NCBI GenBank assembly: GCA_951406725.2 | Contig: OX597814.1 | Location: forward strand, 161,448,001-161,512,000 | Reading direction: 5' to 3' | Length of the DNA stretch: 64,000 nucleotides | DNA from: Octopus vulgaris | Lineage: Eukaryota | Shown here: piece by piece, positions 1 through 13,423 of the stretch | How positions within the stretch are numbered: position 1 is the stretch's first letter | How the letters are laid out: each line of letters opens with the position of its first letter | The notes under the pieces: generated by a model | The model's database searches: none | What the model saw: only the letters and a program-made list of their open reading frames with translations | Told to the model about the DNA's origin: nothing | Program-made: the position numbers and the translations under genes

Positions 1-14
1 TTACATGTTACCAG

Positions 15-225
15 GTAGCATGCTGGCAGAAGCATTAGCACATCACAAAATACTTAGCATCTTTTGTGAACTCTATGTTCTGAGTTCAAATTCTGTTTGG
101 GTTGAGTTTACCTTTCATCCTTTTGCGGGGTCAATAAAATACAATACAATTCAAATAGTCAAGTACTGGGATTGATATAATTGACTTCCCTCAAAATTGC
201 TGACCTTGTGCCAAAATTTGAAACA
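15..225 (+). mobile_element. SINE family B, degenerate copy
   Basis: GCTGGCAGAAGCATTAGC...GTTCTGAGTTCAAATT...CCTTTCATCC...GGGGTCAATAAA matches the better copy at 45605. Confidence 0.7.
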
Positions 226-239
226 GCATTGCCAGCCCA

Positions 240-880
240 AATAGTGAAGACAGGCAATAAATATACACCAAGGTACAAATGCTGAAATCTCATGCAAAAT
301 AGTGGATGGAAGTCATTTGCCACAATCTGAGATGTGTTCAAAACAGCTGGACAAGAGTTTGCCTGCTAATCTCTTCAATAGCCTCATCTAGTCCATGGCT
401 CTTGTAAGCGAATGAGATATGGGACTATGATGAAGAGAGAACAACACAGAGGGCCATGGAAAGATATGCTGAGAGTGTTATAGCAGAAGCATACTTGAAA
501 GAAGGGAATTAAGAACATAGTGAAGTGAGCCATGTGATTGCAGAATACTGAATATCCAACATAAAGCTGACCATGGGTGAAGCAGGGCTCTTCAAAGTGT
601 AACTAGCAACCTAAATGTTTGCCCTTGCGATTTGTTGATGGTCATGGCAAAACTAAGACTCACTGGAAATTGAAGTCAATTGAAATGAGACACCATCTCC
701 TGAGTTTGTGTGATGGATGTTCTTGTGCGCTTATCATCTAATTGATGCATCCTATGTTTAGGTGTCTCCAGAGACCATGTGACGGAGGCTCCTGTTTGCA
801 TATCATTAAGTCTGTTCCTGTTCTAGTATCTCCTGAGCTCATTGCTGATGCTTTGTGAGGGTCTTTTGACTGTTGGCATA
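240..880 (-). mobile_element. Highly decayed LINE-like relic (C-terminal ORF2 region)
   Basis: Higher-GC coding-like composition with weak similarity to the C-terminal part of CR1/Jockey ORF2; no intact frame. Confidence 0.3.
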
Positions 881-1429
881 ATGAAATTCGTTACACATAC
901 ACACACACACACATACACTCAGTATGAGAGATATACATTTATAGAGAAAGATTAAGATAGAAAATGCTAAAGTAATTTTATAAAAAACATTTCAGTACTG
1001 GTTTCAGTCATTGAAACTTTTTCAACAGTAAGTATGGAAGACAATTAAATTTTGGAAAAATGATAAGAAAAGTTTTTTTTAAAAGAATATTTGCATAGTG
1101 TTCTCTCTCTCTCTATATATATATATAGAGAGAGGAATAGCATAAAAGGCAGATGGACAGATAGGTAAATTATATATTTTGATTACGAATAACTAAAAAC
1201 CTTTTCTTTGGGATGAGATTTTGGAAATCAGATCCGTTTTTCTATAGGAAGTACTATTTCAGAGCCTTTAGGTGATATATATATGTATATATATATATAA
1301 CAGATTCAGCTCTAACACCTGCATTGGCCTAGTTTTTTACAGTTGGATGTCCTTCCTAATACCAACCATTTTACAGAGTGTATCAGATGGCACCAACACA
1401 ATATATGAAATAACAAATATATATATCAT

Positions 1430-1740
1430 TCTTTCCTTTTATTGGGTTACAGTTGAACAAATCAACCCAGGTACTTCTTTTTAAATCTGATACTTATTCT
1501 ATCAGTTTCTTTTGCTGTTACAAGAATGTAAACAAACCATCACTGGTTGTCAAGTGGTGTCAGGGACAAACACACACATGCACGATAAGTTTCTACATAA
1601 TTTCCATCTTTCTAAATTCTCTCACAAGGCATTGGTCAGCCCAGGGCTATAGAAAACACTCGCCTAATGAGCAACACAGTAAGACTACCTAAAATTACAT
1701 GGTTGCAAAGTGAGCTTCTTAATTACACAGCTGTGTCTTG
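1430..1740 (-). mobile_element. SINE family A, degenerate copy
   Basis: Shares CTCACAAGGC.TTGGTC.GCC..GGCTATAG and the tail motifs with the copies at 7066 and 8661. Confidence 0.7.
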
Positions 1741-3699
1741 TGCAGGATAATTGGTGGCAATTTGAAAGCAACAAGCAGAGTTTATAAGAGATAGAAGAGT
1801 GGAGGTTTTAAAAGGCCTAAGGTCCAGATAGTCAAGAGGGGAGCCTATGAATATGTTACGGGCTCTCTGTATTAAGAAAAAATTATTCCCTTTAACTTTG
1901 AAAGGACCTACTCCCATGAATCCAAAAGCAGTCTTGTCCCACCTTGCAAAATTTTCTTAGGAAGCCCTGGATACAAGAAAGTGCTGCTGATGAAAAGGTT
2001 GTCATATCTCCAATGGAAGATGGTCCCAAGGTCATTGTTTATGAAAGTAATGTACATCTGTTGAGAAGTGTTTAAGTCAGGTATAGTTCGCATATGTATG
2101 TAGATGATTAGACATCAGTGAAAGGTCGCACATCACTTGGCTAAGTATAAGGAACTCAAAGTAGATGGTTCCTGTGGAAAAGAAAGATAGAATAAAGTGA
2201 TAAAGACTGATCTCATGATGCTGAGCCTCATGGACGAGATGACAAAGGATGGAGATGATTGGAAACATGCAGTGCTGCACATAGACCTGCTCAACCATGA
2301 AAGTATAAAATGGTGGTAGTGATGGAGGAGACATATACATAGATACTTATATGTGTATGCATGTGTGTGTATATTAGATCTACCATATTTAGAAAAATGG
2401 TATCACTCTAGTATAAAATATGAAAATAAAATATAAAATATAAACACAGTAATAAATATGAAAATATAATGAAAATAAAAAATATTGTATGTATGTGCAT
2501 TTGTGTGTGAATTTATGTGTGAATTGTAAGGTCATTTATATAACAATGCATGTGTATGGGAGTGGAGAGAAAGAGAGTAAATAGATAGGTAGCTAGGCAC
2601 ATAAACACATGCATCATTTTATGAACAATGACCTCACACATTTTTTATTGATTATTTTCTATTAATTATTATTTATGATTTTATCATATTTTCATATTTA
2701 TTTCTACACACATATACACATGAGTGGTAATATGAACAGGAAAAATAAAAACTCAAAATATGAGCATATATATTCCAATTCTAATATTTACTCTTGACCC
2801 TTGAGTCTGTAATTTTTGATAATTAAAATAAAAATCAATCTATCTCCCTATTAAATATCTATCTGTCTGTCTATCTATACATACATACACGTATGCACAC
2901 GTATGCACACATTTCTATCTATACATACATACACGTATGCACACATTTAAGTCTCTTACATAATATGTCCTTGTCAAATCTACCTATATTTGCTGGCTCC
3001 CTCGCGGCTGATATCCTCTCGTCTCTCATCTCCTCAACACACACTCTCTTTTCCATTTACTTAATCATTTTCCCAATGTAACCAAGGAAAGCAGTACCTA
3101 GTACATTTTACCATCATCTTCCCTGTACTACCACCTCTTCCCCAAACCATTTACTACTGTCACCCCTCTTTCACTTTTACCATCATCCAATTCCACCTCC
3201 CTTACTATCCACCACATTCTGTCTCTTTCTCTCACTATCTATCTATCTATCTATCTGTGTGTCTGTTAGGACTGCCACCTCACTCCAATTACTCCAATTT
3301 CTACATCATGCCCTTTCAACCATCACCCACATATTGTGATTATTTTCCTGTCATTGCTCACTTCTTTCCACCTTCTCAGACATGTCACCATAGAGTAGTG
3401 AGAACTATCTAATCTTATAGGATAGGAAGGCTACCTCACTGGCACCAGTACCATGATAAAAGACATTCAGTACACTCTGTAAACTGGTTGGTGACAGGAA
3501 CCAAGTCAAAAATAAACATCTGAGTGAGGCATGGGCCTCTAACCCATCTCAGGGCCATAGTAACTTCAAATAAGAACTGGCTTAGACCATGATGACCCAA
3601 CTAACTCATACCAGCATGAAAACAATCATAAAATGATGATGTTGTGTATGGTTATCAGTGACAGCAAGTAGTTCCTTAATATACAGAAGGAAGAATGTG

Positions 3700-4350
3700 T
3701 GTGTATGTGTGTGTAGGAGGCATTATTCAGTAACTAAAATTAATTAAATGTGGCTTAGAGAGAGCTCTGTTGCCAAAAGTAGCAATGATATAGTCTAACA
3801 AGAATCTTCGGATTCAATAATTGAAAAACAGTTGAAGACCATAGGTTGACAACCTAAGTTCCTATGTCAGAGATTGTCAAAGGCTTTGCTGATGTGGAGT
3901 AGGACAATATTACTTTCTGCTATGATTTTAAGGTGAGATCACAGGTACACAACATAGGTGAGCAAGTAAAACTCCGCTAGACATGGCCCTACAGAATCTA
4001 TATGGTTGTCCACTGTAGAAAGAGTTTGTGATAAAGATCTCATTCTTCATCACTGTTTTCATAGATAGCTGGAGACCCCTGCAGAGAGAGAATGAAGAGA
4101 TTGGCAGGAATAGGAGTTAGCTCTGAGACATACAGTTTGAAGGAGAAGAAAGAGAAGCAGTTGATTGTTATAATGTCAGAAATTTCACACTTGTCAACTA
4201 TATGTATGTCACTATGTGACTGGATGTAGATGGCAAAGAACATTCTCAAGGAAGTTTTGCTGGGTGTATAAAACAAGAGGTGAAGTGTGGGCTTTTTCAA
4301 CATGAGTGTGTACATAGAGATCTACTGGGTAAAGGCAAACACTCGCTGCT
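3700..4350 (-). mobile_element. Decayed CR1/Jockey-type LINE reverse transcriptase fragment
   Basis: Minus strand near 3860-3920 reads ESNIVLLHISKAFDNL*H, matching the RT motif (A/L)LDISKAFDxVWH; stops and frameshifts present. Confidence 0.6.
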
Positions 4351-4679
4351 ATAATGTTAGAAGTGGTAGAGTTTGCAGGCTCACAAAGTTGGTCTTTGTT
4401 TTTTTGATGGTAACTTTGTATTTGTGTCAGTGGTACATGAAAAACCACCCAGTTATTTAGGTGGTGTGTCAGAAAACATTTTGGTTATTCTTTGCTTTCA
4501 TACAATGCTATGCTATATTACTATGGAAATTAATATGACAGTCATATTTAACTTTAATTTTCAGAAAATACATACGTGACTTGAATGATGAGCATCAACA
4601 ACACTAATTTCACGAATTAATGACCTGTCAAATGAGATTGACTATCTAAAAATGAAATAGTTTATCATATTTAGCTGAC

Positions 4680-6483
4680 ATATTTTATTAACAAAGTAAA
4701 AAGTACAATTTCTTATAAAGTTTATTAAACACAAAGACAAAATAAGCTTTCTAGAATTTTAAAGCTTGTTATAAAAAAAATTGTGCCAGTATTGACTGCC
4801 AAGAACCAACGAAAGCACATATAAAATTCAATAAAACAATCAATGACTGATTTCAATATTCAAATTCAATAAATTTAGTAAAGATTGTTTGTAGTCTTGC
4901 CGCAGATTGTATTAATATACTCATACACAACCAGTAGGCAGTTTTGGCTCATAGGATAGACACATATGTCCTGCAGGTAAAGTGTATTTTTAACCCCACC
5001 CTGTCAACCAGGGTACTACTAGATTATCATTAAGGAAATTGTTCCAATTGTCAGATCATCAGAAACAATAATTCTTAAAAATAAATGCTAGTATGTTAAA
5101 AGACCTATAACTTGTAGGAATGGTGTTGGGAGGAGTGTGTGTATGTAACAAATAACCTTTTGTGACATTTAAATCATATGAAGCTCAGAGCAAGAGAAAA
5201 TGCTATGATTCAGTTCTATCTATCAAGTGTCAGCACAACTACTTCATCACTCTGTGACAATGGAGTAAATATATTCCAATAACACAGTTGATTTAATGTG
5301 TGTTAATAAACAAAGCAGAGCTCTGACGTATGTTGATAGGATTTCATGAGATTGCATTCTTCCAAAAACCCCACTGCTTAGACACATTAACCAGCTATCC
5401 TGTACACGACATTATTGATATACTCTCATCTACAGAGAGGTGGACTGATTTAGTTTTTAACGGGTCGACTGAATTAGAATGAATTTGAGAATTAGGATAA
5501 TCAAATACTAGTGTTTGAATTTCAGAATCACAGATTTTTAACTAGAACCAAGTTATTAAATGCTATGTTTGTTAGTTTTCAAAGTAGCAGAAAACACAAA
5601 CTCTTGGAATGTAGAACTATGATAAAACAAGGTAGGATTAACAAAAGAAATAGTTTACTAGTTAAAACATCATTGTACTAAAATTGTAAAAACAATCACA
5701 CCTACACTGACTGAAGTATAAATATGATCATAATAAATGGATATTTCCAATATGAATTCTCCTTAATCTTTTACTTTAAGCATATATTTATTTAACAATT
5801 GTCAGTACTTACCAAATATTTATGAATGCCAGTTGCTGTACAATACTGCATTAAATTAAGAACTTGAAATAATAATATTAAGTTATGTTTTTGTTTCATT
5901 TTGAAACAAAACATTTCAAATTGATGTTTACAAAAGAATGCTGGTAAAATTTGTGAATCATTTCAGGTATTGTAGTGTTTTAGCCATAACAGCAACAATA
6001 ATATCGAATCAGAAATGATTGGAAGAACTTGAGATTCATTTTTTTCCCTACTGGAGATTATTATTTTTCATTCTGAATTTCAGAATTAGTTGAGCCATAC
6101 AAATTTCTGGAAAATAAAATTGATATAATAATTATGTGTATTGTAGCATATGAGAAGGTGTAATCAATAAACTAAAAATTGGTATAAATAGTAGTTCTAT
6201 TCTAAATGCAAAAAACTTTCAGCAACTAACTAAAAATTACGTTGCTTTTTCTCATTTGTCCATCCATCAATTCTTAAAGTGTTTCCTATGTTTGGCACTA
6301 GAGCTATTCATTTGAAAAGCAGATGTACAAGACATTTTTTCATTCATTCATATTTTGCAAACAATAAAACATCCTGCGATTGGCATCTATTCTACACAAC
6401 ATATTCTTTGGCTGTAATTATGAATGCCACAATACCCCACCCACTGAAACTTTTTGCAATTACTTCCCCCCACCCATTCATTA

Positions 6484-6520
<37 letters not shown>

Positions 6521-6686
6521 CTTTGCCGTTGCTACAAGTTATGCAATAAACATTTAGAACTTGCTCTGTAATAAACTATATTTCAAAACAGTACTTTATA
6601 TATGAATGGTATGTAATAAAAAGGCAAACAGAAAATAAATTTACTTACAAATAGAGAAAGTACAAGGAAAAAAAAATAGTCCTGCA
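4680..6686 (-). other. Possible 3' UTR of inversin
   Basis: About 2 kb of AT-rich, nearly transposon-free sequence after the stop; minus-strand AATAAA (plus TTTATT) near 5787, 4721 and 4684. Confidence 0.35.
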
Positions 6687-6753
6687 TCATATTTCTCCAT
6701 CTGAAGGAGTTGGTCGGTCGTCTTTCTTTTTACCTTCTTCTTCAGCTCGTTTT
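6687..6753 (-). CDS. INVS: Inversin probable last coding exon, ending in TGA
   Basis: Acceptor aacattacag|A, phase 2 matches the previous exon; KRAEEEGKKK resembles human KREEENKRK; in-frame TGA at 6689-6687. Confidence 0.78.
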
Positions 6754-7065
6754 CTGTAATGTTAAAACAGACAATTTAAACAACTTGGTTTCATATGAAT
6801 TATTCTAGAATCAAGCAATTAAGCAAGCATATTATTATCCTGAAATACATAGATACAGACAGATACTTATTTATTATTAATTCAGTTCTCAGATATCCTT
6901 ATTGTTATTGTTTTTTTTCCCCCCCGAGTCCTAAGTGTTTTGCAATGATTATTTTGCAATCAAAAATGTTATAATCATCATGAATGATGAAAATGAAGCA
7001 GAAAAATTAAGAGTAAATAATACACACACACACAGACATTTGCGTGTGTGTGTGTGTGTGTGTGT

Positions 7066-7285
7066 ATTCTCTTTTACTCTTTTATTTGTTTCGGTCATTT
7101 GACTGCAGCCATGCTGGAGCACCACCATTAGTCGAACAAATCGCCCCCAGAACTTATTCTTTGTAAGCCTAGTACTTCTTCTATTGGTCTCTTTTGCTGA
7201 ACTGCTAAGTTATGAGGACGTAAATACACCAGTGTCAGTTGTCAAGCGATGGTGGGGGGACAAACACAAACACACACACACATAT

Positions 7286-7358
<73 letters not shown>

Positions 7359-7506
7359 ATGGGCTTCTTTCAGTTTCCATCTACCAAATCCACTCACAAG
7401 GCTTTGGTCAGCCTGAAGCTATAGTAGAAGACACTTACCCAAGGTGCCATGCAGTGGGACTGAACCCAGAACCATGTGGTCAGTAAGCAAGCTACTTACC
7501 ACACCT
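7066..7506 (-). mobile_element. tRNA-derived SINE family A with internal (TA)n
   Basis: Head GTGTGGTAAGTAGCTTGCTT...GGTTCAGTCCCAC (Pol III A/B-box-like), core CCTTGGGTAAGTGTCTT, tail ...GAAACAAATAAAAGAGTAAAAGAG; near-identical to 8661 and 10082. Confidence 0.9.
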
Positions 7507-7806
7507 ATATATATCTTAAATTTTCTGTTGTATTTACTTTATTTTATTGTAGTCTTTTTATGCATTTATATTTATCTACTGACAATGCTTCATTTATGCA
7601 CTCTGTATATAGTAATATTGATACTTGCAAAATCTTTTTACTCTAGGCACAAGGCCTGAAATTTGGGGGGAGGGGGCCAGTCGATTAGGTCGACCCCATA
7701 TAATGAAACTATTTGCTATTTATTGCAATATCTGGAGTTTTAACCTGCCATGAAATGTCTTGAGGTGTAATCTGTCTGTCATGTTATAGTGTAGTAATAT
7801 TTATGG

Positions 7807-7847
<41 letters not shown>

Positions 7848-8660
7848 ATAATATATTTATTTATATATATAACACAGTAGTCACCTAATGGAATAAACAT
7901 CTATTCTCCCACATCATTTTTCTTATCTGAAAATCCAGAAATCTCAAAGATTTCTGGATTTTCAGAATGATGTCGTTACATCCTAGCCTTAATCATGGTC
8001 TCGATAGACACACACCAGGCAGGGAGCTTACAGAGATTCTTTGAATCCCTACACACACACACAAGTGAATGAGTATGTGTGTGTGTGAGAGAGAGTATAT
8101 ATTTATTTGAAAAAAATTAATAGAAATGGCCTTTCTGATAATTGTTCCACTTTAATGATAAGATGTTCATAAGTTATTAGATGTTTACAATCTAATTACT
8201 AAAGTGGAAAAATTAACAGAAAAGCCATCCCTATGCAATCTCTGGTGACCAAAATGTCTTGTAGATACAGATTCGAGGATGTGAGGAAGTGACATATGAA
8301 ATAATTTTGCTGGGGAACAAGTAAGAGTTGCTAACAGGAAAAACATCCATGCTAGCTTAGAACATCTAATCTAAGCTAGCATGGAGAAATAGTCATTCTT
8401 CCACACTGGAAAACAGACAAACAATGGAACATAAAATCCATGGCTTCACTTATTTTTGTTAATAGACAGCTGCTCTTTCTCTTTATATATACATATATCA
8501 TTTAATGAATACAGGATTTATATATGAGATATTTCAAGTTTCATGCCACATTTAGAGCATTAACTGAACAGACTTGTATAATGTATCTTGCGCAGACCAT
8601 CAACCAGAAATCTTTCAGGTTCACACTCAACCCCCATCTCCATACATACATACTTATTAG

Positions 8661-9055
8661 TCTTTTACTCTTTTACTTGTTTCAGTCATTTTGACTGCGG
8701 CTATGCTGGAGCACCACCTTTAGTCGAGCAAATCGACCCCAGGACTTATTCTTTGTAAGCCTAGTACCTATTCTATCGGTCTCTTTTGCCAAACCGCTAA
8801 GTTACAGGGACGTAAACACAACAGCATCGGTTGTCAAGCGATGTTGGCGACACACTCACAAACATATACACACACATACATATATATATATATGATGGGC
8901 TTCTTTCAGTTTCCGTCTACCAAATCCAATCACAAGGCTTTGGTGGGCCCGAGGCTATAGTAGAAGACACTTGCCCGAGGTGCCACGCAGTGGGACTGAA
9001 CCCGGAACCATGTGGTTGGTAAGCAAGCTACTTACCACACAGTCACTCCTGCGGC
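8661..9055 (-). mobile_element. tRNA-derived SINE family A, near full length
   Basis: Head GCAGGAGTGACTGTGTGGTAAGTAGCTTGCTTACCAACCACATGGTTCCGGGTTCAGTCCC; CpGs retained. Confidence 0.9.
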
Positions 9056-9462
9056 TTATATATATTTAAAATAATGAACTTTTACTTAGCTTCTATTATA
9101 TTTAACCCACATAGCTTTGGTAGAAAACACTAATTGTGATGCAGTTAGAGTGGGAGTGAACCAAGAAACACATGGCTATGAAGCAAACTTCTTAACCACA
9201 TAGCCATGTCTGCACTCCGTGTAGTAAAAAAAATTAAATAATAAAACTCAATGAAAAAAAGTTCCACATTTATCTACTTGTAGAAATAAGTCAATCTCAC
9301 AAGCAATTATTTATATCAAAAGAACTTAGTAATTCTCCACTTACTGATTACTTAAACGGTGATTAAGTGTCTAATTATTAATGTGACTTGTGTCTTTAAA
9401 AAGTATTCAAATTAAAATTAGTTTATTTGTTATTTACAAATTGACTGTATCTTATAACTCAC

Positions 9463-9554
9463 CTGGCCACCTCTTTCTTTAGCTGTTCATGTTTCATAAG
9501 AAGACGTTTTCTCTCTGTGAAAGTCTTTCGGACACGATAACCCCGAAAGGAAGA
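9463..9554 (-). CDS. INVS: Inversin exon (92 nt), IQ calmodulin-binding motif and basic helix
   Basis: Acceptor attgatag|TCT, donor CAG|gtgagt; encodes SSFRGYRVRKTFTERKRLLMKHEQLKKEVA(R), completing IQxxxRGxxxR. Confidence 0.92.
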
Positions 9555-10081
9555 CTATCAATATAGAAGTAGATGGAAATGGTAACATTGGAATAAATGT
9601 AATAGCAATGAAGAAACAGATGGAAATAGCAACATGGAAATAGATGGTATAGCAACATAAACATACATGGAATAGCAAGACAGAAGTGGAGAGAATATTA
9701 CCATAAGCACTAGATGGAATGATAACAGAAGTAGATGAAATAACAACACAAAAATGGTAAGGAATATAGATAAATACAAATATGACACGTACAGCCAAAT
9801 CTTTGACTGATTACTGCTTAGAATTATGAAGACTTTACTTTAACTGCAGATAGAAATGATTGCCAGAATAGTTTCTTGCTACAGTTGATGATATTAGGAA
9901 GTTTAATATTATTTGGAGAGGTTTTCTTTTTTCAGTGAATGGCATAGATGTTAGGTTGGAAATTATTACTTTGCTTCATCACCAGTTACATCAACGAAGG
10001 AGCCTGTATATCAGTGGTTCTCATCTAGAGTCCATATGACCCTTGGAGATCCACATAAAATTCCATTGTTAAAGTTTGTTT

Positions 10082-10485
10082 TCTTTTTCTTTTTTCTTTT
10101 ACTTGTTTCAGTCATTTGACTGCGGCCATGCTGGAGCACCACCTTTAGTCGAGCAAATCGACCCCAGGACCTAATCTTTGTAAGCCTAGTACTTATTCTA
10201 TTGGTCTCTTTTGCCAAACCGCTAAGTTACAGGGACGTAAGCACACCAGCATTGGTTGTCAAACGATATTGGGGGGACAAACACAGACACACAAACATAT
10301 ACACGCATATACGTATGTATATATACATATATATGACGGGCTTCTTTCAGTTTCAGTCTACCAAATCCACTCACAAGGCTTTGGTTGGCCCGAGGCTATA
10401 GTAGAAGACACTTTGCCCAAGTGGGACTGAACCTGGAACCATGTGGTTGGTAAGCAAGCTACTTACCACACCGCCACTTCTGTGC
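10082..10485 (-). mobile_element. tRNA-derived SINE family A
   Basis: Collinear with 8661-9055 apart from a small internal deletion. Confidence 0.9.
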
Positions 10486-10659
10486 CAGTGCAATAATTTA
10501 TGTGCAATAATTTGGTTATATTTCTACAATACACAAAATATTTTAACAGATTTTTTTATACACTTCTTAATTATAAAAATATTACAGGATTTTTTAAACA
10601 GCAAATGGCTATGAGTGTCCATCCAAGTAAAATAGGAACCATGAGTAAAAATAATGGTT

Positions 10660-10850
10660 GAGGACCACTTCAGTATATGGTCGCCTGATCTGTTAGAAAC
10701 AACAGCCAAATCTTCTTTGAATCACACACTGCTGGCTTAATTATGGAAAGGACAAATTGTAATACTGTCCTAGATACTTTTAAACACACAGGATGCCTTT
10801 GAACATAGGCCTGCTTTATTAACATTGTTGTTGTTAAACAACAACAGCAT
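10660..10850 (+). mobile_element. Old dispersed repeat family E (other copies near 18620, 20215, 23790, 24140, 31280 rev, 32150, 40255-40980 rev, 42475, 43540)
   Basis: Recurring blocks CTGTTAGAAA.AACAGCCAAATCT...AATCACAC and CTTTGATCATAGG.CTG...CTGACCTGGGGCTAAACAACAAC. Confidence 0.65.
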
Positions 10851-11275
10851 CATCATCATCATCATCATTACTATTGATAAGATTGATTATACAAGAGTAC
10901 AACCTATGCCTTGCTCCATTTACCTTGTCCAGAGTGCGCTCAAGAAAGTTCTATAACTTGTATTCTACACAATGTTGCAGTACAAACAAATCACAAATGA
11001 GATTATTCTTTGTAATATGATTATGCAAAATATATTATATTATACAAAGGCAAGCTGAGACATGGAGTTCATCTGATAAGTCTTCCACAAGAAGCTGCTT
11101 AAAGAGATCAACATTAAGAATTTGTATTGTTTGAAATGCATTCCAATGGTAGACATTAGTTTATAGAGCTAAGTTCAAATTCTTTTAAGGGCAAAACAGT
11201 TGTGATACACAACTGACGACATCATCATCATCATCATCATCATCACCATCACCACCGCCGCCGCCACCACATCAC

Positions 11276-11310
<35 letters not shown>

Positions 11311-11996
11311 CTACCACCCAGCTGTATAATACCCTCAAAGCCGGAATAAGCTCCCAGCATACCTCACCAACAATCCAAAGCACTTCTTGTGCTGGTTATG
11401 TATACAAGAATCTGTAGTGAAAGATAATGTTCAAAATACTGTTCAATCAATATTGCTTCTAATACACAACACACTAATTTCACAAGAAATGAATTTACTG
11501 TTCTTTGATTACAGTTAACAGCCAGAACCTTATCATAAGTGAAATTGATAAATATAGGTTTCAATCAATTAGATTCGAATAGATATATAAGGTAAAGATT
11601 ATGAACAGGAAGTAGGTGAAGGAATCTATTCTGCATAATGGTAGTATGAGGATAATAAACATTTTCAAAAGATACTTTTTGCTTTGTTAATTTTCAATTA
11701 AAAATCATGATTTCCTGGTATGTTCTTACAATGAGATCACGTTATGTTATAACACTGCGTTTCTATACAGAATGACGGATACTATCTCTTTCGATATAGA
11801 CTTCAGAATTTTTATCACTAATTGTTGGTAGATACCATGCAAACAAAAATGTTGCTTTGTTCACACCCTAAATATATCTTATGTGATAATGGTATAAAAC
11901 TAATTTACTAAAATCGATGTTTCTCAGTGAAAAAAAAAAAAATCTTTCCTCACTTGAACTGAAAGTATTATGACTTGGAAAGAAAGAACTTCTTAA

Positions 11997-12961
11997 GCAT
12001 GGCTGTGTAGTTATAAGAAGCTTGTTTTGCAACTGTGTAGCTTCAGGTCCAGTCCCATTATGTGGTACTTTGAGCAAGAGTCTCCTTATAGTTCCTGGCC
12101 AACAAATGCTTTGTGAGTGGATTTGTTGGGCAGAAACTCTGTGCAAGCCCATGTGCGCACATGTGTGTCTGTGTGTTCAAGAGAGAAGACTGTGCTCATA
12201 TGGTCATGTAATGTGTATGAATGAAGAAGTGCCATGCTCTAATTGTGGAGGGAATGTAAAGAAGGGGTAGACTCAGGAAAACGAAATGATGGAGAAAGGA
12301 TCTATAGATGTTGGGCCTCACTGAGGAGATGACAGGGGACTGAAACACCTGGCAGTTTGCTGTGCTTGAGAAGACACATCAAGCTAAGTAAATATATAGT
12401 CATCCTTGCATACAAGCATGTCCCCTGCACCCATCTTCAGCTGAGCATTCCTAATCTTGTGGGACTGTAGGTGCTGGTGCTACATAAAGAGCATCTGTGC
12501 CAGGGCCATGTGGAAGCACTTGTGCTGATGCTATGTAAAAGCACTCAGTACACTCTATAAAGTGGTTGGCATTAGGAAGGGCATCCAACCAAAGAAAGCA
12601 TGTCAAAACAGCTCTTCAGCTGACCAGCTCCTGTCAAACTGTCCAACCCTTGCCAGCAGGGAAAATGGACATTAAACGATGATGATGATGAAGTAAAAAA
12701 ATAAAAGAATATATATATAACTGTGTTTGTGTGTGTGTGTGTCTGTCTGTGTTTGTGTTTGTCCTCCACAATCACTTGACAATTAGTGTTAGTTTGTTTA
12801 CATTCCTGTAACTAGCAGTTCAGCAAAAGAACACAATAAAATAAGTAATAGATTAGAGTAAGTATTAGCATCGATATTTTTGACTAAACCTTTCAAGATG
12901 GTACCCTAACATGGCTGCAATCCAATAACATGACAGAAACAAGTAAAAAAGGGTAAAAAAA
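11997..12961 (+). mobile_element. Composite: SINE A head, RTE-type 3' end (family C, ends in (GAT)n) and SINE A tail
   Basis: Head at 11997-12175; GGTTGGCATTAGGAAGGGCATCC...GGACATTAAACGATGATGAT at 12560-12690; tail at 12721-12961. Confidence 0.75.
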
Positions 12962-13014
12962 GAGATTTTCATATTCTTAAATAAAACCATTACCAATACT
13001 ACCAATACTACCAA

Positions 13015-13302
<288 letters not shown>

Positions 13303-13305
13303 CAC

Positions 13306-13423
13306 CTGTATTTTCTGTGCTGCAATATCTTGGATGCCAATAATTGATAATGCTCCTTGTTCAATCATGTACTGAGCTACATCATGATGTTCCTCCATCA
13401 ATGCATAGTCAAGGGGTGTGTAC
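13306..13423 (-). CDS. INVS: Inversin exon (118 nt), last ankyrin repeat and start of IQ motif
   Basis: Acceptor ttattag|G, donor CAG|gtgaaa; encodes [39 protein letters not shown]. Confidence 0.93.

Noticed and set aside
6649-6689. Stop-codon read-through by A-to-I editing (UGA to UGG)
   Set aside because: Would add only about 13 low-complexity residues before TAA; no obvious pairing partner
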